From the NCBI GenBank assembly GCA_051362555.1, contig CM120646.1, forward strand, positions 186,001-250,000: a stretch of DNA of 64,000 nucleotides, read 5' to 3'. Position 1 is the stretch's first letter. Each line of letters opens with the position of its first letter. The position numbers were made by a program, and so were the translations under genes. This document shows, in pieces, positions 26,445 to 45,539 of the stretch. Below the pieces are notes generated by a model that saw nothing but the letters and a program-made list of their open reading frames with translations, made no database searches and was not told the DNA's origin. Origin of the DNA: Lingula anatina (taxonomy: Eukaryota; Animalia; Brachiopoda).

Positions 26445-27311
26445 ATGAATCTGCAAATCACAGTCTTAGTAACCTTGGCAATTTACGGCACGCTGCTAAG
26501 CAACAGTTGCGTGGCAACACAAGACTTGTCCCAGAGCGAAGAAGATATTCTCTCACAAATCTTACAAGCGTGTCAACAGATCTGCAGGTAAACGAAATAA
26601 TATCAATAATAAGATCTATCATTTGTATTAAATTTACTTTATATAACCCAAAACATATTAATCATGTTATCATCACTGTTTCTTTGCCTTTTCATGGTAA
26701 TCAGTTCAAAAACATTTTTAATTTTTTTTTTATTTCTTATCACCTATTTCAAACGAACTATGATGTAAATATGTCCATTGACGCTGGTTTGATCGGTAAA
26801 TGAAACTTGGCAATAAATTAAATGAAAGTTGACATTTTCCATAGTTCGGGAGATAAAGACTTCAATTTCTAAATAAAAAGTCAAACTGTGTCCTTTACCT
26901 TCCAGTAACAGTGTCGTCTGCCCCCGCACGTGTCCGCAGAGTTTTCTAAATCCTTGGAGACGCCGCCGCGACATCAACGCAAAATTTGCTCCAATGGCCA
27001 AAATAGTAAGGTAGGTCTCCCGCACAGAGACAAGCATCTGATAGTTTATTACAAGCAATGGTTTTTAACACAACGTGATAACGAACTTTTCCTCGTCTAA
27101 AAATTTCATTTGAAATTTATTAAACAAGTAATAATCATTATTTCTAAACTAAATTAAATTAACAATAAGCGTTATTTTTGCAGATTCAAAAAAAAAAAAA
27201 AAAAAAGAAACAGTGGTGTTTTTGTTTGTACATTTCAGAGATTCTGAACCTTCTATGGCAAAGCTAGAGCTTCTGCTCAACAAACTACAGCGGCATCTTG
27301 TGCGGAAATAA
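26445..27311 (+). CDS. Uncharacterised 106-aa secreted prepropeptide (C-X3-C-X5-C-X3-C, RRRR cleavage site)
   Basis: Exons 26445-26587, 26906-27010 and 27239-27311, with pyrimidine-rich acceptors and matching phase-2 junctions. Translation: MNLQITVLVTLAIYGTLLSNSCVATQDLSQSEEDILSQILQACQQICSNSVVCPRTCPQSFLNPWRRRRDINAKFAPMAKIVRDSEPSMAKLELLLNKLQRHLVRK. AATAAA at about 28196. Confidence 0.75.
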
Positions 27312-28961
27312 CGTGTTGCCTGGATTAAACTACGGGATAATCTGTGACGAAATATGGTGTAACAAACAACCTACATCAAATATTGCTAACATTTGACCCT
27401 GACCTCAAGAAAGAGTGTCAAGGCGACCTCAAAGTTGAAGACAAATCAATGACTGGGCAATACCTTCCACCTTTAAAGCCAAAACGGGCATGGATTAGGC
27501 ATATCGGCATGCCGAGCTGGTCCGCTCCTAAATACTGTCTCTGTTAATCAAGTTGCATAATTATGTGTTTGGTGAAAATCATTGAGAAAAATCGTAGTCA
27601 ATATACAACTACAGGTCGACGTTCTTAAAAAGTCCTAACTTAATTCATCACTTAATGGGAAGCGTGGTCCCTTCCGTCACTATCTAATGAAGGTTGTCGC
27701 ACCTGTATGTATATGGAGTTATAAATATGTGTCGCTGGGAAGAAAGTCGATATTGAGAAAAAAAGAACACTCACAGTAGAACGATCTGAATTACTGAGAT
27801 TAACCACGTCACCTTCGGATGTTAATCAAGCTTTTCGCAAGATTCGAGGAACGGAATCGTCTCTTTGCTCTGAGTTTTTTAACTATGACTTAGCGTACGC
27901 CAAAGACATTTTCATTGTCATTCCTGTTATTTTCTCATTTTCTTCACACTTTCATTTTATGTTTATATTTCACGTCCTTTATTTAAACTAATGTAGTTTT
28001 ATTTGAATGTCACAGGCATTTAAGTCAGAATATGTAATGTCATATTTATACAGTTCATACTTCACTGTCTAGAATATGTATATATAGCTCACAAAACTGT
28101 CTGAGGCGATGGGCTTATTGAAGGTGTTTGCACTAAAACAGTAACTTCTACAGTAATAGATTTCTTCAAATTCTTTGTAGAACTTCAGCTATTTTAATAA
28201 AGCATATCTGCAAGCAAGTGGCGTTTTCTCACTTACTCACAAAAAGGTCTTTTGACGGCACATTAGGAAGTTTTTATCGTAATTGTAACACTTTTTACTT
28301 TATTCCTCTCCAAGTTTTCTTTAGGCCTAAGGTATTTGTGGCTGTTTGTGAAATTACGGATCAAAATTTATTTCGTTATTTTCACAAGTTTATTTTTCAT
28401 ATTTCAGAGCAGTTCATAGCTCTACAACTGTTCTTATAAAATAACTTAAAACCAACAACATGTTCTAGAAAATGATAAAGCAGTATTTTTAACGTTGTAT
28501 TAAATATTTCACTCGTTTTTTTAATTTAATTTTGTTTTATTTTATTTTATTTTTACGACTCTCATCTTTTTGGTCTCCTTCTACGCAAAAGTTCCTATCT
28601 CTGGCATTCCTATTTTAACCCCATTAATTTCAAGTTTGTATATAATTTACAGTTGTGCTATATAGGCCTCGTGTGTGGGCGTGGCAGGCGCGAAACAAAA
28701 TTTTAATATTTCCTCCTGCAGTCTCTCCCTGCGAAATTGGACCATGCCAGGTAAGCCTTGGCTGACGTCGTCAATATTGACCTAGTTTTCACTCTGCGGA
28801 GTCAGGTGCTCAGTAATATTGATCGGGTTTTGTCATTTTGAGAGTCGAGGTGTTTTGTTCATGCAGACCCCTGCACTGTATTTTAGAGGTGTTCAAGAGG
28901 CAGAAATAATTTACTGCTGACTAAGAACTGAAGAAAGTGCCGGAGAATTAAATCATAAAAC

Positions 28962-30365
28962 ATGGCGCTGTGCAAGGTGTCAAGAAAGACGATTTTGACG
29001 ACATTGTTGTTTACTGTGGTTACAGCGGCGCCGAGTCGCACAGGAAAAATAACCAAACACCAAGGTTATAAAGGTATTAACATAGACGCTAGCTGGACAA
29101 TGCTAGAACCTATGCAGATGAAGCAAAATCCGAAAACAAACATGGATATAAATGTCGACTTGACCTACAGTTATAAAAATTCCAAACAAAAACCTCATAA
29201 TGCTGAAATTGAAGACCGACCTTCCACAAGTAGAGTGTTTGTACATGACACGCTTATGAAAAATGTGACTTTACAACATGAAAATGTTATCAAACCAACT
29301 AAGCAGAAGGGTTTTGCCGGAACCCCTTGTTCTATGTCATACCTGCAGAAATATCTCGTCTCTCAAGGTACGTTTCCACAGGGAGGAAACTGGAACGGCG
29401 ATTTCTGGAGCCCAAACACCTGCTCTCTCAAAGCCAGAACACTGACAAGTGCTGAAATAGGGCAGTGCTTGAAGAGAAAGAACATTAAGAAAATAGCCAT
29501 CTTTGGTGACTCTCAATCCATGAGATACACGCCGACTTTAGTTAAAATGATGAACGGGACAGCCTACAACTGCCGCACAACAAAGGAGGAAAATATCGGA
29601 CTGAGAACCCCAGACCCCAAGTTTTTCTCTCCCGTCTTCAACCCAGACATCTTCAAGTTATCTGACAGAGATTGTGATGGATGTGTTGGAGCAGAAATCA
29701 ATTGCACAAGTCAATCTCACCTACTGCAATCTGGAGAGTCTCACCCAACACAATTTGGACAAGATGATGTCCATGTAGAACACCTGATAATGGAATTTGT
29801 GAGGGATGCAGAGTTAACAGTACATCGCCATAACTGGCAGGGAAACTGTGATAAACGTCTTCACAACATTACTGGAATCTGGTGCCAGTTTGCAGCCAGC
29901 ACCCAGGAATTTTATTTCCGTGATTATTGGTCCATTACTGGCTTGCCAGATCTCATCTTTTACTCTGCAACTCATGTCCATGAAGCTATGGACAGGACAC
30001 CAGAAGATTTCAGGAGAGATTTCACTTGGTTAATGGACTTGATGACAAGTTATGTCCTCCAGAAGGGGAATGCCACTCTAGTCTACGCTGATGCTCCTCA
30101 AACCAACCCATCCAAACTGAAACCACCTTACCCCTTCACCAACGACTACATCAGTGCACTGAATAAAGTGACGGCTGATGTACTGAAGGCTGCAGTGCAG
30201 CAGGGGATGGCAGTTTATCCGTTCTATGACCTCTTTTCCATGTCTGCAGGCAGAATGGACCTCAGTCTAGATGGGATTCATTTCAAACCTCCCTGGTATG
30301 AGAATGTCATGAGTCTGTTCTGGGCAACATACTGTGCAGAGAAGAACACGACATGTGTCGAGTAG
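28962..30365 (+). CDS. SGNH/GDSL-fold PC-esterase / NXPE-like protein, 467 aa, intronless CDS
   Basis: N-terminal hydrophobic segment, stem region, GNWNGDFWSPNTCSL motif, block I IAIFGDSQSMR and C-terminal catalytic DGIH (DxxH). Confidence 0.8.
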   Translation: MALCKVSRKTILTTLLFTVVTAAPSRTGKITKHQGYKGINIDASWTMLEPMQMKQNPKTNMDINVDLTYSYKNSKQKPHNAEIEDRPSTSRVFVHDTLMKNVTLQHENVIKPTKQKGFAGTPCSMSYLQKYLVSQGTFPQGGNWNGDFWSPNTCSLKARTLTSAEIGQCLKRKNIKKIAIFGDSQSMRYTPTLVKMMNGTAYNCRTTKEENIGLRTPDPKFFSPVFNPDIFKLSDRDCDGCVGAEINCTSQSHLLQSGESHPTQFGQDDVHVEHLIMEFVRDAELTVHRHNWQGNCDKRLHNITGIWCQFAASTQEFYFRDYWSITGLPDLIFYSATHVHEAMDRTPEDFRRDFTWLMDLMTSYVLQKGNATLVYADAPQTNPSKLKPPYPFTNDYISALNKVTADVLKAAVQQGMAVYPFYDLFSMSAGRMDLSLDGIHFKPPWYENVMSLFWATYCAEKNTTCVE

Positions 30366-31864
30366 AACACTACACGTCAAAAATCCTGAACTTAATCCGG
30401 TGTGATAGAAGCCTGGGGTGAACTAGGAAAGAAGACTTGTATTATCAGATCATTCACAAATACCAGAGTTACTGTGAAATATGGTATCGTCATGGCATAT
30501 TCTAGATCAATTTACAGTTTGAAATGAACTTAAATGTATACACCCTAGAAAAGCCTTTCTTGGACTTTGTATTTGGGTCATTTCTCAGTACCTTAGTCCT
30601 CTGTCATAGCAACTGCCAGTAGAATACTGGAGATTGTAATGACGCAGACGTCATCTCTGCCCTGAGACATGCAGGACTGGGATGGCAGAATAACACTTGG
30701 CAATCTCATGTTTTTTTTTCTTATATCTTATAGCTTTTTTCAAAAAGGAGAACTCCCAATTTAAATAATAATAATTTATAAAAAAAAAAACTTTTGTTTT
30801 ATTCTCTATGGTGAAATTCATATATTTTGTTGTTGTACAAGTATAACAGCGTTTTTTTTAATTTATATATATATTGGTAAACATTGGAAAAGTTTGCTTC
30901 AGTTACATTACATGATGGGAAATTTTGTGACCCGGTCAGTGATCAGTAAAAATTCCACATATACCATATTTTTTTAATATCATTTGGTTGTACTGTATTA
31001 TGGGGTGAAATAGAAAAAAATATAGATATGACCATGTCTTTTGTTTACTGGATATCATATTTTGAAAAAATCAATCCAAAGTTTTTTGAAAATAAAATCC
31101 ATTTATTAACAAAAGAGAGGCTGATGTCTAACAATACTACTTGTCATGTAGCTTAAAAATTGGCTTATCAGACCACAATAACTGTCAAGGCCAGTTCATG
31201 CTTTGTTGCTTAGAAAGAGGCCACCAAATATTTGTCACTACAGTAGGTTGTTCTTATTTACTTATTTTCTCTGGTTGCAAGTATGGTTTAAACAAATATT
31301 CTTTCTTTTTAATATGCCAAATATCAACATCCCATGCTGCCCTCCTCCCACCTTAGTGTACCCATGTATATTATATAACATAAGCTATAATTAGCTGCAA
31401 CCTACATATTATGCTATGCATGCTTTTTAAGATGCCTTTCTGAATAAATAAATACTCACAAATTCAGGAAATGTTAAAATAAATATTCCTTATAATGACT
31501 AGTAGTTATAAATTGAAATTGCCCCAGCCCTTTTACTATTAAATATATCAAATTGAATAAATTTGACACGGAGTCTAACTGAACACTGCTATGAGCTAAA
31601 AGAAATATCTTCTTTCAAAATGATACAATAATATTTTGATTAATAAGTACCTACTTGATTATGTACAAAATCCTTCAATAAAATGAAAGACAACAAATGA
31701 CAAGCAACAAAAAGTGTTGTATGGATTGCAGATCTTGTTTTACATCAGTAAATACTGTTGTCATTGACACTTTAAAACCATCTCATCGTATAATAAGTCA
31801 AAAACATGCCTGAAATAAAGTTTGGTTAAACCAAGATATGGAACTGCGTTGTTTTAACCTTTTC

Positions 31865-32032
31865 CAGGGGCGGATCCAGAGATATTTTCTGACAGTCTTC
31901 CAAATTATCTTTGTTGACCCATCCACCATTTTTGACCGTCTTCCGACAGAAAAAATTAGATACCCGTCAATGTAAACTTGAAAATCTGACCGTCTTCCGG
32001 AAGACCCAGAAGACCGCCTAAATCCGCCCCTG
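31865..32032. mobile_element. MITE with CAGGGGCGGAT TIRs and 5-bp TSD
   Basis: caggggcggat...atccgcccctg flanked by ttttc on both sides; internal gaccgtcttcc subrepeats. Confidence 0.8.
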
Positions 32033-32742
32033 TTTTCTGTACATGGCACTATAACAACGGATACCCCTTATAAATTATATAATCAAAAATACACAAAACA
32101 ACATCCAAATCCTTCCAAAGCATTTCACTACCATATTCATTAAAGCCAAACAAAAGTTTGTTGTCATTGTTGATAGTATTTGGAACAATGATACTTTAGA
32201 CACCAGTTTAGCCTTCAATTTCATCCCAAAGAGAATCTCATGCAGATATATTTGAAAGCTAACATTTTCATCAGTCAACAGTTGAAATTTACAGTTGTAT
32301 AAATAACATGGGTATATGTGTTAGCAACACCAAGCAAAGATAAAAGCACTGTGGTATTTGGAGTTTTGGCATACAGGTATGCACCACAGCTAAAGAAAAC
32401 CCCTTGGCATGTCCAGAGTTTGAAGGGGGGTGGGGGGGGGGGGGGGTAGAGAGGGGAAGAGAGGTTGGCGCCTATTTACATGACAAAATACCAGATTCAT
32501 TTGTCAGAGGGGGAAAACCCACATAAAATAAGGGCACTCAATGGAAACATACTGTATTTTATGAAAATATTCTTAGCAGGTGAGCAGGGAGAGAATCCTC
32601 CTCAATCATCCCCCCCCCCCCCAAAAAAAAAAAAATAATAATAATAATAATAAAATTAAAAAAAAACTGCTGCCAGGGTCCATCATGTGCAAAATAGCAC
32701 AAAGCTATAAGTTTTTGTGATATTATTAGTGGGAATATCTGC

Positions 32743-37853
<5,111 letters not shown>

Positions 37854-40400
37854 CTTGTTATGTGGTGTGTTTTCTATCTAATACCTGGAAAGAAATTTAA
37901 AGGGATCATAACTCTTCGTATGAGATCTATATTTCACAATAAAAACATTGTGAACAACTCATGGAAATATAATATCTGCTGTACCACAAAAACGGCAGAC
38001 GCAGTTATAGCTATTATTCTGATATCTGAGCTTGTCTTCAGACCACATGACCCTCATTGATGGCTACACTCTGTTATAATCTCTTAAGAGAGTGTAACAA
38101 AAAACAAACTTTTTAGAAAAAAAAAAAAGCAGGGACTAACTTTGAATGTAAAAATGGATTCATTAACCATTGGTAAGTATAAAAAATTGTTGTTTACTCC
38201 AAGAAAATTAATTTTTTGGCCAAAATGAAGAGTTATTATCCCTTTTATGTAAGTGCTAAAAGCTATGATACAGATTGAGTTATGATTTTGATGTCATATG
38301 TCAGATTACAACGGTTTAATATAAGCAACTGTAGCATATTTTTGTGTTGATAAGCTTGACAAAATTCCTCTTTAAAAATAAGTGGTCTGTTGAACTATTT
38401 CAATTTTCTTTCCACATACTGATACTTTTGAAATGATTTGTTTCTCAATCACAGGTAAAAGATTCCATAATTCACAATTTTCTACATTCTAGCTATAATA
38501 ATCAGTACATGAAGTGTCTAATTATATAATGGCTCCATGACAGCAGTGAAGGTCCCAGTAGCTCAGTGAAGCTACTGAGTACACCTCTCAGGTGCTGTGA
38601 ACATGTCAAGCTGTCCCCAGAGATAAGACACATAATAAAGACCAGTGTCAACATCTCTCTATCCACTGATATACGTAGTGAAGATCTATCAGTCCCACAG
38701 ATAAAACAAGCAAAGATATCTTCCTTTTACAACTCACATTGTCTTTATATCAAAAATAATACCACTTATATTTTAGGTTATCAGCTTACATTGGAAACCC
38801 AACTTGGTAATGAATTTATTATCCTTGATTACCTAAGTAGGTATGAATAAGTAAAACTAAGGAACACATACCCCCCCCCCCAATCTTCAGCTTTTCAAAA
38901 ATACAACAATAACAAGATGAATAGAGTAAGTTCAGGCATTTGTTTCAATTGTTGCTTCCTTCCCCTCTCTCTCCATCCTCCTACCTGTACAGTCCCTGCC
39001 CTTGACCAACCAATGAATATATCAATTCCTAAAGTAAAACAAGACATTAAAATTTAATACTTTACAAATGACTGTCTATTGTCATGTTTCCAGCCCAGTT
39101 CAGTTGGCATCATCCAAGCCATATCAGAGGACTGCCTCATCACCATTGACTCACCTCAGGAACTCCACAATATACAATACTAGTAGTGACTGTGGTTGAG
39201 ACACAAGTGGGATTAGACTGACTGCCTATGGTGACCTAATCTGAAAGCAGATATTCCACCAAGATGGCTGCCACCAAGATCTGTCAACCCAGTCTAACTG
39301 GAAACACAGCATGAGTGTAGTGTCATCCTACGACTGCAGCTCACCTGTCCCTGGATCAATTCTCCAATATATTCAGCATGAGTGGCAGGTATATACACGG
39401 CTCTGTTTGCTACTTGACAAACAATACAACATATTGATTGAACTAACACTAAGCAAAATTGATTTGGCCTTGTGATGTTAGACCTTGTTTTTCATTGTCC
39501 ATTTTGCTGTTTTTAAAATCAAATGCAACACAGTGTATCACAGTGAACAAAAACTAGAAGTGTCCAGTATAGTGACTGGCATATGAAAATATAATAAAGT
39601 ACTTTAACCTTCACTTTTTTCTATACGTATACACACTGAACACAGCCAGTATTACACGTGTTACCCTATTCTATGTAAAACAAAAAATATACCAGTTCCT
39701 CAGATGCTAATATCCACATAAAAGGGCTAATTTTGGCATAATTTGTCTTTTTGCCAAAAGCTGCGATGTATTTCAAATTAAAAATTAGAGGTAACAGGGT
39801 GACAAACAGTTTTTCAAGAACACTTTCCACTCTCTTAAAGTAAAGGTGACCACCTCAAACACCTATCACGTCAGTCAATCTCATGCTGGTTTAAACCTAC
39901 TGCTTCAAGATGTCTTCTTCTGGACATCAGAATATTCATCACCAGGGTTTTTGGAATATCACATAGCTGTATCTGGACTTAGTTGACACGGGTTATGATT
40001 TAAGTCACTCTTCGCACTATACCTTAAAGTATGTGTATGTGTGTAGGGGTGGCAAGCTTCATTTTAAAATATATAATTTCTGTATAATACTTACTTATAT
40101 ATATATTTTTAATTAAATAAATAGAGAAAATATAATATATAAATGTAAATATTTAGATATGACTTGAACACTTAGTTGATGACAATTTTAACTCACCGAA
40201 TGAAAAATAAATAAATAAAAACAAACAAACAAACAAAAAATTAAAAAAAAACAACAATTTTTATGCATCAGCCTGTGACAAGCTATGTCATATGTCCAAC
40301 TAAACTGTGATAAATTAGATGGAGCATACATTTCTTAATATCATTAGCACAGTAAGACAAGAACTGAAGTAAGATAAGAACCGTTTCAGCGATATATCAT

Positions 40401-40520
40401 ACTCACTTATAATCTAATAACGTGTTATTTACAGCACAGATCCTCTGCTTCTGTCAGCAGCTTACTGCACGTCAGTTTGTTTTAGTTTCACAGGAAGTAA
40501 TCAACTGCACATGCGCAGTG
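40401..40520 (-). promoter_or_regulatory. Candidate lifeguard promoter / non-coding first exon
   Basis: Minus-strand donor gtgagt at about 40406. Nearby motifs: NRF1-like tgcacatgcgca (40506-40517), ETS-like caggaagt and a CRE half-site. Confidence 0.35.
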
Positions 40521-41284
40521 TGTGTCCGCTCGTCACAACAGCCTGGCGCAACTAACACAATACATCTTAGAGATAGTCCACAGCTCCTAGAGAAATAGAT
40601 AGTGCGGTTCGTTCAGCGCACTGCTGTGAAAGCTCTTATATTGATGAAGATAGCATTTTTTTCAGCTTCAGTGGTATGATAATAACCTTCTCAAGTTCTC
40701 ATAAGATTCATACAAATGATATTAATAGGGGCAAATCTTTGGTGCTAAATGTCAAATTTTGTAATTGAGCTTTTTACTATTAGGGTACGCCATGTTGAAA
40801 CCGCTTTCCTTTCATAAGAACTTGAAAACACTGAAATCAAACGTGGGGATCTGTTATGTGACTGATAAAATGGACTAGAAACAACACTTGTACAGATTTT
40901 TGAAGTGAAGCTCACATTAGATATCAAAGGGAAATGCATCTCAAGTGCCAGCAAAATTCCTTCCATGGTGCAAAACCCAGACCAGTTACTGATACAAACT
41001 TTTAGGGAGGTGGAGGTGTAGTCACTTAGCAACATAATTTCATTTTTTTTTATTCATGCTCAAGATGTAAAATTAAAGGGAAGAAACAACCCCTCCCTTC
41101 AATGAAATGAACAACAAAACAAGCTTTTCCTTATATACATTTACTCATCTCAATATTTGTGATTTGCCTTATTTTTTGTACTTTTCAATGAATAAAAAGT
41201 CCAGTTGGTCACGTGTTTTACACAATGTATGTTAGAATTAGGCAACATTTCTGTATATTTCTTGAACTGTCCCACAGCAAGTGT

Positions 41285-44157
<2,873 letters not shown>

Positions 44158-44344
44158 TTACTTACTGGATAGGTAACAGAGACACGGAAAATGTTTTGTC
44201 ACACGTAGTGCAAGAAATAACGCCTGCATCTTAATGGAATGATCTGTGGCATTCGCTAGACATTACCAGGAGATCCACGAGTGCATATTTTCATTTAAAA
44301 ACATCTCACAAAAGAGAGGAATTTGTGAAATACCTAGAGAGTCC

Positions 44345-44917
44345 GGTACTTTTGTAGTATACCCCCCCACCCTGTAACTTCCTGAAACTTTCATTTTTCA
44401 AACATTTTTTTTTACTTTGTCTTTTTCACCTATGTCAAAGCTGTTGAAATAAAATGTTTTTGTAATTACCTGTGGTCTTTTTATTAGTTTTAATCACGTT
44501 TAATCCACCCCATTGAAATACAATGTGAAAATTTACAATGTACCTGCAGTCAATAACTTGCCGCGTTTTCGTTGGCTAACTCTACCTTATTTTATGTGAA
44601 CATAGGATTGATACATTGTATACTTGGACTTCCTCTGTGAAATTATTATGAGCTACTTGTTCACATAAAATTACCCTAGAGTTAGCCAACGAAAACGCGG
44701 CAAGTTATTGACTGCGGGTGTAAATTGAAGATTCTAACATTGTATTTCAATGGGCTGGATTAAACGTGATTAAAACTAACAAAAAGTCCACAGGTAATTA
44801 CAAAAGCATTTTATTTCAACAGCTTTGACATAGATGAACAAAAAAAATGTAAAAAACTGTTTGAAAAGTGAAAGTTACAGAAAGTTACAAGGTGGGGGGG
44901 TATACTACAAAAGTACC
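44345..44917. mobile_element. Merlin-like foldback MITE (573 bp)
   Basis: Almost fully palindromic (arms about 260 bp). Termini GGTAC.../...GTACC; perfect 8-bp TSD gagagtcc at 44337-44344 and 44918-44925. Confidence 0.85.
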
Positions 44918-45109
44918 GAGAGTCCAATGGATAAGGGACATGCGTCAGGAATATCAATTTCTTTATTAGTTTAATGACCTCTGTGTACAACTCTAAGCCA
45001 ATTTTCTAATGCCACCTAAAGAATCGTTTGTCTCTGAACATTATTGTCCAAGAAATATTCTTAGATTGAAAGAATCTACTAAATTTGCTTCAACAATAAA
45101 ATATTTCGT

Positions 45110-45300
45110 GGAGGCTGCCATCTTACCTGATCAAAAAGGCAAGTTAGGGGTTCTCACTTCCTGGCCACGGCTTAGTTTCAATATCAGTGCGATAGATGTC
45201 AGCAGCAGAGAAAACTGACCTACTTTCATCGGGCACCTGTCAAGAAGGTCCCACCTGATTGGCGCTGAGATTTGAAAACTTGAATGCTATTGGTCTATTT
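45110..45300. promoter_or_regulatory. UBA52 TCT/TOP start and non-coding exon 1; promoter shared with the divergent gene
   Basis: Minus-strand cctttttgatcag|gtaagatggcagcc (TOP tract, donor at 45126, YY1-like motif), ETS motif caggaagtg at about 45155-45163, and ATTGG (CCAAT) boxes at about 45258 and 45289. Confidence 0.7.
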
Positions 45301-45469
45301 CAACTTTGCTTTTACGCGTGCATTCTTGCGGTGTAGAGTGTTACAACTTCAAAAGCATGGTTGTTGTTAGTGTAAACATCTCGTCGTGGGATTTAATATT
45401 TTGCGGTGGATTCTACAAGTTCTAAACAACTTTGGAGAAATACCCCATGTCTTACAAAGTAGCCGTGCA

Positions 45470-45539
45470 ATGGTTGGCTTTAAGTTGGTATGGGTTGTCT
45501 ACTTAGCCCAAGTTTTGGCGACTTGTCAAGTTTGTTTTG
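45470..45539 (+). CDS. First coding exon (signal peptide) of an unidentified secreted or membrane protein gene
   Basis: MVGFKLVWVVYLAQVLATCQVCF followed by a phase-1 donor G|GTGAGT, just downstream of the CpG-containing promoter. No convincing next exon until a possible acceptor at 63992. Confidence 0.55.
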
